64,000 nt of DNA from an uncultured Chloroflexia bacterium (GTDB taxonomy: Bacteria > Chloroflexota > Anaerolineae > JAAYZQ01): the NCBI GenBank assembly GCA_963700285.1, contig CAVOXA010000010.1, positions 416,001 to 480,000 of the forward strand, read 5' to 3'. The first letter of the stretch is position 1. Each line of letters starts with the position of its first letter. Both the position numbers and the translations under genes were made by a program. The notes below the pieces were generated by a model. The model did not search any database, had not been told where the DNA came from, and saw nothing but the letters and a program-made list of their open reading frames with translations. This document shows, one piece after another, positions 1 through 9,640 of the stretch.

Positions 1-569
1 ATGCAGTGCACTTTTCCGGGGTAGGTGACTGCGAGGCCTATCACGAGGGCTTTTTCCCCTGGCTGCTGGATCTGGAGGCTCTGCGGGGCCTGAAGTTGGG
101 CACGCAGATGACGGTCCGCTGGCCAGGTTACGCGGAAAAAGCAAGTGTGCTCTGGGAACTGGGACTGGTCAGCCCGGAGCCCATCGATGTAGATGGTACG
201 CAGGTTGCGCCCAAAGCCCTGCTGGACGCGCTGCTGTATCCCCACGTCAAGATGGAAGAGGACGACCGGGACATCACCTGCTTCCGCGTAGAAACCCTGG
301 GCGTAAAAAACGGGCGGCCGCGCTACTACAAGATCGAAATGGTGGACCGCTACGACGAGGACCTGGGCTTCACTTCCATGGCCCGCACCACGGCCATGAC
401 CGGGGCCATCGTCGCCCGCATGATCGCGCGCGGCGACATCCAGGCCCGAGGCTTTCTGACGCCAGAGCAGGTCATCACCGGCTCCCTAGTCGGCAAGTTG
501 GTGGACGAACTGGCCGCCATCAATGTCCGGTTCGAGATAACAACGAGAAAGGTCAAGACCCTGGAATGA
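1..569 (+). CDS. Saccharopine dehydrogenase / lysine 6-dehydrogenase family protein, C-terminal part (truncated by window edge)
   Basis: Collinear with the C-terminal half of the next gene (FPGVG..E, QMTVRWPGYAEKASVLWEL, LGFTSMARTT). Confidence 0.85.
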   Translation, partial: AVHFSGVGDCEAYHEGFFPWLLDLEALRGLKLGTQMTVRWPGYAEKASVLWELGLVSPEPIDVDGTQVAPKALLDALLYPHVKMEEDDRDITCFRVETLGVKNGRPRYYKIEMVDRYDEDLGFTSMARTTAMTGAIVARMIARGDIQARGFLTPEQVITGSLVGKLVDELAAINVRFEITTRKVKTLE

Positions 570-680
570 GCATCTAGCTTCCCCCGCGCCTGGCCCTCAG
601 GCCCTCCCGAGAACGGATTTTTGGTCCGGGTCGAGGGGAGCGCCAATGGGGGCAGGGGAGGGGGAATGAGGGAGGCTATC

Positions 681-1859
681 ATGAAAATCCTGGTACTGGG
701 TAGCGGGCTTATTGGCCCGGCGTCGGCCTACAACGCCATGTCGGACCCGGATGTGTCCGGCGTAACTTTATGTGATATAAACCAGCAGCAGTTGGACGCT
801 GCACAGGCGAAACTCTCGAGCCTGAAGGGCGGCGAGAAGCTGACCACGGTTCAGATCGATGTTCGCGACCAGGCGGCAACAGCCAAGCTGATGGCTGGGC
901 ATGATGCTGTCGTCGGCGCCCTGGACCGGCCGGCAATCGGCCTGGGAATCCGCGCGGCAGTGGCGGCCAAGACGCCCCTGGTAGACCTCCTTTGGCCCCT
1001 CGAGGAGGAGGCGCCAGCATTGAAGCAGCTTGTACAGGGCTCTGGCTCGCTGGTCATCGTCGGCTGCGGCGTAGAGCCCGGCATGACCGAGATCATGGCC
1101 CGCTATCTGGCCGAAAAGCTGGACCGCATTGACGAGCTGCACATCAAGTGCGGTGGTATCCCTACAGAGCCAGTCCCACCCCTGGGTTACAAAATCGTCT
1201 TTGGTGGGAAGCGCATGCCACTGTGGGAGGGTAATTCCCACATCGTCGAAAACGGAGAACTCAAAGAGGTACCCCGCTACTCCGGCTCGCACGCGGTCCA
1301 CTTTCCCGGCGTGGGCGAGGTCGAGGCCTGGAATGAGGAGTTCTTTCCCTGGCTGATGGACCTGGAGGTCTTGCAGGGCCTGAAGAAGGGTACCCAGATG
1401 ACGGTACGCTGGCCCGGCTACGCCGAAAAGGCGTCGGTACTCTGGGAGCTGGATCTGGTCAGCACCAAACCGATCGAGGTAGATGGCGTCCAGGTAGCGC
1501 CCAAGGACCTGCTCGACACGCTGCTCTACCCTTACGTAAAGATGGAAGAAGGCGACCGGGATTTCACCTGCTTCCGTGTGGAGGCCATCGGCGAGAAAAA
1601 GGGAAAGCCGTGCCGGTACAAGATCGAGACCGTTGACCGTTATGACGAGGAATTGGGCTTTACCTCCATGGCCCGCACCACGGGCTTTGCTGGCGCCATC
1701 GTGGCCCGCATGGCGGCTCGCGGCGAGATCAAAGCGGAGGGCATGCTCAACCCGGAGCAGATCATCGCCGGCCCTCTGTTTGACAGGCTGATCGAGGATC
1801 TGGCTGAGATGAACATCCGGTTCGACCTCACGACAGAAAAGACCAAGGCGTTGAACTAG
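681..1859 (+). CDS. Saccharopine dehydrogenase / lysine 6-dehydrogenase family protein
   Basis: Rossmann start MKILVLGSGLIG, then GCGVEPG, CGGIP..P.PPL.Y and TSMARTTG. RBS GGAGG precedes ATG 681. Confidence 0.85.
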   Translation: MKILVLGSGLIGPASAYNAMSDPDVSGVTLCDINQQQLDAAQAKLSSLKGGEKLTTVQIDVRDQAATAKLMAGHDAVVGALDRPAIGLGIRAAVAAKTPLVDLLWPLEEEAPALKQLVQGSGSLVIVGCGVEPGMTEIMARYLAEKLDRIDELHIKCGGIPTEPVPPLGYKIVFGGKRMPLWEGNSHIVENGELKEVPRYSGSHAVHFPGVGEVEAWNEEFFPWLMDLEVLQGLKKGTQMTVRWPGYAEKASVLWELDLVSTKPIEVDGVQVAPKDLLDTLLYPYVKMEEGDRDFTCFRVEAIGEKKGKPCRYKIETVDRYDEELGFTSMARTTGFAGAIVARMAARGEIKAEGMLNPEQIIAGPLFDRLIEDLAEMNIRFDLTTEKTKALN

Positions 1860-2028
1860 GCACTACCTGGCGGTGGTGCGAACTGCTTCACAACCAGACG
1901 GCGCGGGCAATCAAGCGGGATTGCTCCATCGTCGCGAAGCCGCCAGGAACAACGTGATCATCGATGTGCCCTGTCACCTGTAGCGCTGATGTGATTCAGG
2001 TGTATCCCCAGGAGGAGTATAAGCGCGC

Positions 2029-3042
2029 ATGAAAGACCGTCTCGCAGAGTTGCTACATTCTGTAGCAGGAGCAAGCGAGATCCTGATCCTGCCCCACAAC
2101 GATCCCGATCCCGACGCCATCGCCAGCGCCATGGCTCTGCGACACCTGCTGACGGAGAAAGCTGGGGTTGAAGGCCACATTGCCTACCGGGGTATCATTG
2201 GCCGGGCTGAGAACCAAGCCATGGTACGCTACCTGGACCGCCCCCTCCACCGCCTGAGCAGCAGGGACCTGCGCCAGGAAAGACCCATCGCCCTGGTCGA
2301 TACCCAGCCGGGAACGGGCAACAACGCACTGCCCGCTCATATTGTACCGACGATCGTTTTTGATCATCATCCCTGGCGTGAAGGGACGGCCGCTGCTGCC
2401 TTTGCCGACGTCCGCACCGGGCTGGGTTCGACCTCTACCATCCTGGCGGAGTACCTCCAGGCAGCGGATGTCGAACCAGCGCCTCCTTTGGCTACGGCCT
2501 TGTTCTACGGCATCAAGACCGATACCTTGGGATTGGTCCGGGGTGCCAGCCCGGCCGATGTCGCCGCTTACTTTTACCTCCAGCCCCGGATTGAGGTTGA
2601 AGCTCTGATGAGAATCGAGCGTGCCCAGGTTCCTGCCGAATACTTTGATAGGCTAGACGCTGCCCTGCATGCGGCCCGAGTGTATGACAGCCTCGTTATC
2701 TGCTACATAGGCTCTATGCGTCACCCAGACTTTGCGGCAGAGATGGCAGATCTTCTTTTGCGGGTACAGGGCGCGCGCTGGGCAGTCTGCATGGGCGCGT
2801 ACAAGGGCGAATTAATCCTGGCCGTCCGCAGCCAGAGCCGGCAGATCGGCGCGGGACAACTGGTCCGAGCCGTTGTCGCTGACCGGGGCACGGCGGGTGG
2901 GCACGGCACCATGGCCGGCGGACAGGTGCCACTACGAGGTTCAGATCCAGAGCAGATAGCCCAGGAGTACATCCTGCGTGTGCTGCAGCATCTGCGAGTG
3001 CCAGAGGATGTGGAAACCCCCTTGCTGATGGAACATAGATGA
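2029..3042 (+). CDS. DHH/DHHA1 family phosphoesterase (NrnA/PAP or cyclic-dinucleotide phosphodiesterase-like)
   Basis: Motifs HNDPDPDA, LVD, FDHH, GIKTDT and GGH..MAGG. RBS AGGAGG upstream. Confidence 0.88.
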   Translation: MKDRLAELLHSVAGASEILILPHNDPDPDAIASAMALRHLLTEKAGVEGHIAYRGIIGRAENQAMVRYLDRPLHRLSSRDLRQERPIALVDTQPGTGNNALPAHIVPTIVFDHHPWREGTAAAAFADVRTGLGSTSTILAEYLQAADVEPAPPLATALFYGIKTDTLGLVRGASPADVAAYFYLQPRIEVEALMRIERAQVPAEYFDRLDAALHAARVYDSLVICYIGSMRHPDFAAEMADLLLRVQGARWAVCMGAYKGELILAVRSQSRQIGAGQLVRAVVADRGTAGGHGTMAGGQVPLRGSDPEQIAQEYILRVLQHLRVPEDVETPLLMEHR

Positions 3043-3192
3043 GCGTCTGAACAAGCATCAGGATGGCTCGAGCCGGCCACTGGCTGGAGACAGGGTTGGT
3101 TCCAGCGGCGCGGCCAGAGGTATCGGGGCCATCTGGTTGTTGAGAACGGCGTGCCCACAGCGGGGCCGGGTCCGCCTGGCCGTAGGACGCAC

Positions 3193-3221
3193 TTGACACC
3201 AGCCGTGATCGCGTATAAAAT
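3193..3221 (+). promoter_or_regulatory. Sigma70-type promoter for the K+ transport genes
   Basis: TTGACA (3193-3198), 17 bp spacer, TAAAAT (3216-3221). Confidence 0.7.
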
Positions 3222-3230
3222 TCGGCGCAT

Positions 3231-3356
3231 GGGCCGTTGAGAGGCGGCTTTTGCTTCGGCGGGGATGATCTATTGCCCGCCAGCCGGCCAAAAAGGGATG
3301 GCATTGAGGCACCTGGGAAGCCAGGTGCCTTGTTGGATCGGTCTTGAGACCAAGAC
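3231..3356 (+). ncRNA. Structured 5' leader, possible ion-sensing riboswitch/attenuator
   Basis: Successive stems: GCCG-loop-CGGC followed by a U-run; CGGC..GGG..CCC..GCCG-GCCAAAAAGG; a perfect 10-bp hairpin AGGCACCTGG/CCAGGTGCCT (3307-3330); GTCTTG/CAAGAC. Confidence 0.4.
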
Positions 3357-3363
3357 TATCGTC

Positions 3364-5331
3364 ATGACAACGATCGAAGAGAAGAATGGCGTGACGGTTC
3401 TGCACCGCGAGGGCGAGTACCACGCTCCTCGTTCCTGGCGCACCTGGCTCATCGGCCGGCCCCTGCCCACCGCCGATGCGCCGCACCAGACGATCGGCAA
3501 GTTGGTCGGCCTGGCCGTGTTTGCCTCAGACGCGCTGTCGTCCACCGCCTACGCTACCCAGGAGATCCTGGCCGTCCTGGTGGCTGCGGGCACGGCGGCC
3601 TTTGTGTTTGCCTTGCCCATTTCGGTGGCCATCATCGTGCTACTGGCCATCGTTACCCTGTCTTACGAGCAGGTCATCCACACCTATCCCAATGGCGGCG
3701 GCGCCTATGTCGTAGCCCGTGACAATCTGGGGGAGCTGCCGGCCCTAGTCGCTGGTGCCGCGCTGTTAACCGACTATATCCTGACCGTGGCTGTTTCGGT
3801 CTCTGCTGGCGTAGCCCAGATCACGTCCGCCTTTCCCCTGCTGATGCACTACCGCGTAGTACTGGCCGTGGTTATGGTCCTGTTCATCATGATCATCAAC
3901 CTGCGGGGGGTGCGGGAGTCGGGGGGAGTCTTTTCCATCCCCAGTTACTTTTTCCTGGTCATGATGTTCCTCACGGTAAGTGTTGGCCTTTACCAGTATC
4001 TGACTGGAACGTTGGGTACCGTAGTCAATCCCCCGCCCGTGGAAGCGACCATTGCCAGGGCGCTCACCCCGTTCTTGATCCTGCGCGCGTTCTCCAGCGG
4101 GACGGCAGCCCTTACCGGCGTGGAGGCCATCTCCAACGGCACCACGGCCTTTCGCGAGCCTCGTAGCCGCAACGCCGGGATCACGTTGTTGTGGATGGCG
4201 GCCATCCTAGGAACGCTGTTTCTGGGCATTACCTTCCTGACCGTGCTCATTGGCGCAGTCCCCTCCGAGGTGGAGACGGTGATCTCGCAGCTTGGCCGTA
4301 CTGTGTATGGGGGAGAGGGCCTGCTCTATCTGGGCCTAATCGGTGCTACTACGCTGATCCTGATCATGGCTACCAACACCTCATTCGCCGGGTTTCCCCG
4401 GCTGAGTGCTCTGTTGGGCGAGGATGGCTTTCTGCCCCGGCAACTCGCGTTTCGGGGCAGCAGGCTGGTCTACTCGCAGGGCATCATGGCCCTGGCAGCC
4501 ATCGCTTGCCTGCTGATCATCCTGTTCCAGGCGAGTGTGACGGCGCTGATCCCCCTGTACGCCATCGGTGTGTTCTTGTCCTTCACCCTGGCCCAGGCGG
4601 GCATGGCCCGGCGCTGGTGGCGGAGCGGACATCTGCCTGCCGGGCAGGCCAGGGAAGGGTATGGCGTTACCCTCTACCACGAGCCGGGCTGGCGGCCAAG
4701 AATGATCACCAACGGCTTTGGCGCTGTGTGCACGGCGGGTGTCATGGTCGTCTTTGCCGTCACCAAGTTCCACGACGGAGCTTGGATCGTCCTGCTGCTC
4801 ATGCCGGCGCTAGTGGCGGCCTTTGTCTACATTCACCGTCACTACCAGGGCTTGGCCGCTGACCTGTCCCTTGAAGACTATGGTGCACCGCCGCCCGTCT
4901 CTCGACATCGGGTGATCCTACCCATCAGCGGCGTACACCGCGGCACCCTGGCGGCGCTGTGGTATGCGCTCCGGCTGTCGGACGACGTGACCGCTGTGCA
5001 CGTATCGACCGACGAGGGCGAGGCCGAACGAGTACGGCGGAAATGGGAGCTGTGGGGCGAGGGAGTGCGTCTGGTGATCCTGGATTCACCCTACCGTCTG
5101 CTCCTAGAGCCGCTGCTGGGCTACATCCAGGAACTGGCCGACCAGCGCCAGCCCAACGAAACGATCACCATTGTAGTGCCCAGCTTTGTGCCCAGGCGAT
5201 GGTGGAACAGTCTGCTGCACACTCAGGCAGCCTTTATGTTGCGCCTGGCCCTCCTATTCAAGCCAGGCATTGTGATCACAGAGGTGCCCTATCAGGTGGA
5301 GCAAGCGCTTGAGGGGAAGGGTGACAGATGA
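3364..5331 (+). CDS. kimA: APC-family permease, KimA/YdaO-like K+ importer
   Basis: Motifs FASDALSSTAYA, YPNGGGAY, DYILTVAVS, TGVEAISNG and LIPLYAIGVF, plus a cytoplasmic tail SPYR..LHTQ.A. Start codon is uncertain. Confidence 0.85.
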   Translation: MTTIEEKNGVTVLHREGEYHAPRSWRTWLIGRPLPTADAPHQTIGKLVGLAVFASDALSSTAYATQEILAVLVAAGTAAFVFALPISVAIIVLLAIVTLSYEQVIHTYPNGGGAYVVARDNLGELPALVAGAALLTDYILTVAVSVSAGVAQITSAFPLLMHYRVVLAVVMVLFIMIINLRGVRESGGVFSIPSYFFLVMMFLTVSVGLYQYLTGTLGTVVNPPPVEATIARALTPFLILRAFSSGTAALTGVEAISNGTTAFREPRSRNAGITLLWMAAILGTLFLGITFLTVLIGAVPSEVETVISQLGRTVYGGEGLLYLGLIGATTLILIMATNTSFAGFPRLSALLGEDGFLPRQLAFRGSRLVYSQGIMALAAIACLLIILFQASVTALIPLYAIGVFLSFTLAQAGMARRWWRSGHLPAGQAREGYGVTLYHEPGWRPRMITNGFGAVCTAGVMVVFAVTKFHDGAWIVLLLMPALVAAFVYIHRHYQGLAADLSLEDYGAPPPVSRHRVILPISGVHRGTLAALWYALRLSDDVTAVHVSTDEGEAERVRRKWELWGEGVRLVILDSPYRLLLEPLLGYIQELADQRQPNETITIVVPSFVPRRWWNSLLHTQAAFMLRLALLFKPGIVITEVPYQVEQALEGKGDR

Positions 5332-5386
5332 AGCGTGTACTGTGCATCGCGGGGCGCAAAACATCCGGCACCTGGAGAAAGGTGAG

Positions 5387-6046
5387 ATGAAGGTAATCGT
5401 CATCGGCTGCGGACGGGTCGGGTCCGGGCTCGCCTACAGGCTGTACCAGCGAGGTCACAGGGTAACAGTGGTTGATGCGGTGTCCGCATCTTTCAGCAAC
5501 CTCCCCTCCGACTTTCGAGGGCGAACCGTTGAAGGGGAGGCGCTGAACCAAGATGTGCTGCAGCGGGCCGCTATCGAGCAGGCCGATGGGCTGGCTGCGG
5601 TGACCAACTCTGATGCGCTCAACGCCGTCATCGCCCACCTGGCCCGCGATCGCTACCATATACCCAGGGTGATCGTGCGCAACTACGATCCACGCTGGCG
5701 AACTTTGTACGAGTCCTTTGGGCTTCAGGTGGTCAGCTCGGCCAGTTGGGGTGCGCAGAGACTTGAGGAACTACTCTACCAGGATGAGATCCGCACCATC
5801 TTTTCGGCTGGCAACGGAGAGGTAGAGATCTATGAGCTGCCCGTCCCGGCGGCCTGGCAGGACCAGGAGTTGCGGGGCCTGTTGCCAAGTGGTTGCCTGG
5901 CCGTGGCACTGACGCGCGCGGGCCGGGCAGTCCTGCCCACGGTGGATAGCCTCGTGGAAGCAGGCGACGTTCTACTCCTGAGCGCCACTCTGGAGGGCAT
6001 CGAGGCGCTGCGGAAGCGACTGCCCAAACCCGAGGAGGTATCATAG
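5387..6046 (+). CDS. trkA: TrkA-family potassium uptake regulatory protein (RCK_N + RCK_C)
   Basis: MKVIVIGCGRVG, AVTNSDALN and a C-terminal TrkA_C domain (GRAVLP..AGD). Confidence 0.9.
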   Translation: MKVIVIGCGRVGSGLAYRLYQRGHRVTVVDAVSASFSNLPSDFRGRTVEGEALNQDVLQRAAIEQADGLAAVTNSDALNAVIAHLARDRYHIPRVIVRNYDPRWRTLYESFGLQVVSSASWGAQRLEELLYQDEIRTIFSAGNGEVEIYELPVPAAWQDQELRGLLPSGCLAVALTRAGRAVLPTVDSLVEAGDVLLLSATLEGIEALRKRLPKPEEVS

Positions 6047-6751
6047 ATGTTCGTGCTGATCGCTGGTGGCGGCCGGACGGCGGCCCAACTGGCTACCCTA
6101 CTGTTGGAGCAGGACCACCGGGTCCGCCTTGTCGAACACCGTCAGGACCGCCTCTGCCAGCTCCACCACGGGTTGCCCACGGAGGTTATCTACGAGGGTG
6201 ACGCCACTGATCCCCTGGTACTGGAACAGGCGGGCATCCGCAGCGCCAATGTACTGGCGGCGTGCACACCCGAGGATGCCGACAACCTGGTACTCTGCTA
6301 CATAGGCCGCACACGCTTTGACGTGCCCCGTACTATTGCCCAGATCAACAACCCACGCAATGCGTGGCTGTTTGACCAGACGTTTCACGTGGATGTGGCC
6401 CTCAACCAATCCGAGATCCTGGCGAGTTTGATCGAGGAGGAGATGTCGCTGGGCGACATGATGACCCTGCTCAAGCTGCGTCGCGGCCAGTACTCGCTAG
6501 TAGCAGAAAAGATTCCGCCGGGGGCCATCGCGATCGGCGTCACCATCCAGGACCTGGGCCTGCCGGAGGAGTGTGTGATCGCGGGCATCATCAGGGCCGG
6601 CCGGATGGTGGTCCCGAGGGGAGTGACAAGGTTGGAGGCCGGTGACGAGGTGCTGGCCGTTACTGACCGGCAGGGAGCCAACCGGTTGGCAGCACTCCTT
6701 GCGCCGCCCTCAGAACCCGAGTCGGACTACACCGATCTGGGAGGTCTCTAA
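6047..6751 (+). CDS. trkA: TrkA-family potassium uptake regulatory protein (second subunit)
   Basis: MFVLIAGGG, GDATDP, DADNLV, INNPRNAWLF and IIRAG..VVPRG. Confidence 0.9.
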   Translation: MFVLIAGGGRTAAQLATLLLEQDHRVRLVEHRQDRLCQLHHGLPTEVIYEGDATDPLVLEQAGIRSANVLAACTPEDADNLVLCYIGRTRFDVPRTIAQINNPRNAWLFDQTFHVDVALNQSEILASLIEEEMSLGDMMTLLKLRRGQYSLVAEKIPPGAIAIGVTIQDLGLPEECVIAGIIRAGRMVVPRGVTRLEAGDEVLAVTDRQGANRLAALLAPPSEPESDYTDLGGL

Positions 6752-7046
6752 GGCCTGGCTGGCTTCTGGTAGCCAGGCCGCGTCCGATGCAGGACTTTGG
6801 AACAGGCGGAATTGGCAGCGGCCGCCAAACTCTGCCTTGCGCTAGAGCCGCACTCGCCGGTAGAATGCGCGTTTGGCTGCCTCTGACGCCAGCATATACA
6901 GCCCCGTAATGCCTAGCAGGGCTAGCAGGAGCGGTGGGGGCAGGGGGGTGAAGCCAAGGGGCTTGGCGAGTGGCGAGTAGGGGGAGACTGGTCAGGGATC
7001 ATCACATGGCCTTTGCCTTGGCGTCCACCGGCCCAGCACACGGAGC

Positions 7047-8978
7047 CTAGCGATGCCGGCGTCGCAGCGGCGCGACGGTCAAGGACTCGCCGCTCATCAT
7101 CAGCCACGCCGCTCCGGCCAGCGACAGGGCCAAAATCAACCAGCGCACCGGCTGCAATTGGTTGAGCGCCGGCGCCCAACGAGCTGCCCAGCTAGAGGCT
7201 ACCGCTTGCGACTGTGGCGGTACGCGGGACAATGCCCACTCTGCCGCTGCCTGAACCTCGATTTCCGGGTCGCTTCAACTGAGCTCGGTCCAGGACCTTC
7301 CGCGCGGCCGGATCTCCGATCTCGCCCAATGCCCAGGCCGCCTGACCACGCACCGTTGCGTCGCTGTCCTTCTTGAGCGCGTGCACCAGGGTCTCGATGG
7401 CCGACGACGACCCAATCCAGCCCAGCGCCTGAGCTGCGTTGGCCCGAGCGTCGACACTTTTTGTGTCCAGCATCGCCACCAGCGGTGCGACGGCCGGCTC
7501 GCCCATCTTCTCCAGAGCGGCCATGGCCACGTGCCAGCGGGCCGTCGGCTGCGGATCGGCCAGAGCCGTCAGATAGCGCATCGGTGGCCGCCGGTCCCCC
7601 GATGCGGCCCAGGGCTTCGCCGGCGACGGCTAACTTCCCTGTCCATCGCCCCGGAGAAGCATGGCCCGCAGCGGCTCAACGGCTGCCTCGACCCCCATCA
7701 TGCCCAGCGCCCGCGCCGATCCCATCCGGATCTGTTCTGATGGATGCTCCAGCGCGATCAAGAGGCCGGGAACGGATGCCGGGTCGTTGATCCGGCCCAG
7801 GGCATCGGCGGCAGCCAGGCTCACGGCTGGCTCAGGATCATCCAGGGCGGCCAAAAGCTCGTTCCACACCCCCAAACGGTCGGGCGATGCCCAGTTGGCG
7901 GGCAGCGGATGCCCGCATCTTGGGGTCGTCGCTCTCCAGGGCAGCCAGAATGCCCATCACGTCAGGCGCGTAGCCCTGCAAACCCGCAGCCGTCACGGCC
8001 TGGGCGTAGAGTGGCTTGCCTGGCGCGACCACCAGCCCAGATGCTTGCTCCGCCTCGGGGAACGCAGGTCCGGCCAGCGGCTGCCACGAGGTGCCGCCAT
8101 CCACTGTGACATAGAGTCCCGGCAGCACTGGCGTAGACGTGGGTGCTGCCCACGACGTGGTCCACCGCAACGTAGAGCACGCCCGGTTCCGACAGGATCG
8201 GCGCGCAGCGCGGTGACCTTGACCATCTGGCCAGCAGCCAGGCCCAGGCCCTCCCAGGCCGGCTGCCAGGTCCGCCCGGCATCGGAGCTTTTGTAGACGC
8301 CGGCCGTCGCTGTCCCAACGTAGACCGTCTGCGGATCGATGGCCGCGATGGCGGTGACCTGCTCCGGCAGCGCGCGTGCTTCTGGCCCACGTGACGCCGC
8401 GGTCCTCAGTGTGAAAGAGGACGGTGGGCGTCGCGGCAAAGAGATGGCCTTCGACCAGGGACAGATCCACAATCTGTGCCGAGGCCAGTTCCCCTTGCAT
8501 CATCGAGATGTCCAGCAAGGTACCATCGGCGTGCCAGGCGGTAGATACCTTGACCCCTCGTGCCCAGGTAGAGACCGCCGTCGTCATCCCAGACCAGGCT
8601 GGAGACGGGGAGACCTTTGGCTGCGCCCGTCCAGGTGTTGCCGAGATCGTCGGACCGAAGGATGGAGCCGTCGCCCGTGGCGACAGCCACCCGCTGGCCA
8701 CCGTCACCTGCCCAGACCAGCGGGGCAGCACCACCAGGCAGAGCCAGGGGCAACCAGGTTGCGCCCTCGTCCGTGCTGCGGAACAGGCTCGGCTGCTCAC
8801 CGCCGTCCAGTTGCCAGGCGGCATAGAGCGCTGCGACCGGTGGCTGTTCGGCTACCGGCGCCGGTCCGGCCAGACGGGCCACCTCGCCCCAGGCCCACGT
8901 CGTGCTCAGCCCCACCACCACCAGGAGCACACCCAGAACCCGTCGAACGCTTTTGATAATCCTTTGACACATGTCCAT
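7047..8978 (-). pseudogene. Exported BNR/Asp-box beta-propeller + HEAT-repeat protein with C-terminal membrane anchor, split by multiple frameshifts
   Basis: Consecutive fragments in different frames: signal peptide; Asp-boxes STDEGATW, SDDLGNTW, SSDAGRTW, TVDGGTSW; HEAT repeats (AADALG, AAQALG, AAWALGEIG); hydrophobic tail followed by RRRHR. Confidence 0.75.
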
Positions 8979-9042
8979 TGTACCCTCTCCGATAGGCAAC
9001 TTTCAGAGTCCAGCCAGAGCTACCGCTGCTGGCTGCTGCATT

Positions 9043-9490
9043 TCAGACGCTCCGCTCCGAATTTTGTTCCAGGTTCAGCCTACGCTCGGCCATCAGCGTC
9101 GCCAGCAGGCCGGTCTCCGGAAGCTGGCGTGATGCAAGCTGGCGGATGGTCTGTAGCAGGTCTGCGGCTCCTCCGCACTTTTCCAGGAAGGCCTGGGCGC
9201 CGGCTTGCTGCGCCCGTGCGCGAGTGTCCTCGTCGCCGTGAAGGGTGAGGACAACGACGGGCGGCAGCAGGAGCCGCAGCCCGCAGGCGCTTGACGATGT
9301 TCACCCCCTCAGCGCCCCGCATCTCGATGTCCACCACGATCACGTCGGGGTCGAGGGTCTGGGCCAGCGCGAGGGCTTCCTCGACGTTGCCCGTCTCGCC
9401 GACGACGACCATGTCCGGCTCGATGGCCAGACGCATGCGCAAACCCCAGCGTACCTCGGCCTGTCCGTCAACTATCAAGACTCGAATCAT
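9043..9490 (-). pseudogene. Stand-alone receiver-domain response regulator (one frameshift near 9260)
   Basis: MIRVLIVD...PDVIVVDIEM. After removing one base the frame continues VVVLTLHGDE..AGAQAFLEK to TGA at 9043-9045. Confidence 0.75.
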
Positions 9491-9640
9491 CCCCCATCCC
9501 CCTTCCGTGCCAGTGCGACCACGATTTTGATCCTGTGCACGCTCGTATTATAATCAAAGGGGAGATAGCCTGCATCGGGCAAGGGACCGGTCTTGTCTGG
9601 GACATTTGCCGTACGGTCGGCAGGGCTGAGGAGGAGCGTA

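Noticed and set aside
570-680. C-rich/G-rich imperfect inverted repeat between the duplicated dehydrogenases
   Set aside because: Only one copy in the window and low complexity. It is probably a generic intergenic hairpin.
3043-3363. Canonical c-di-AMP (ydaO/yuaA) riboswitch expected before kimA
   Set aside because: The conserved GCUGAA...GGGG.GAA...CCG.CAGCUAA elements were not found by eye.
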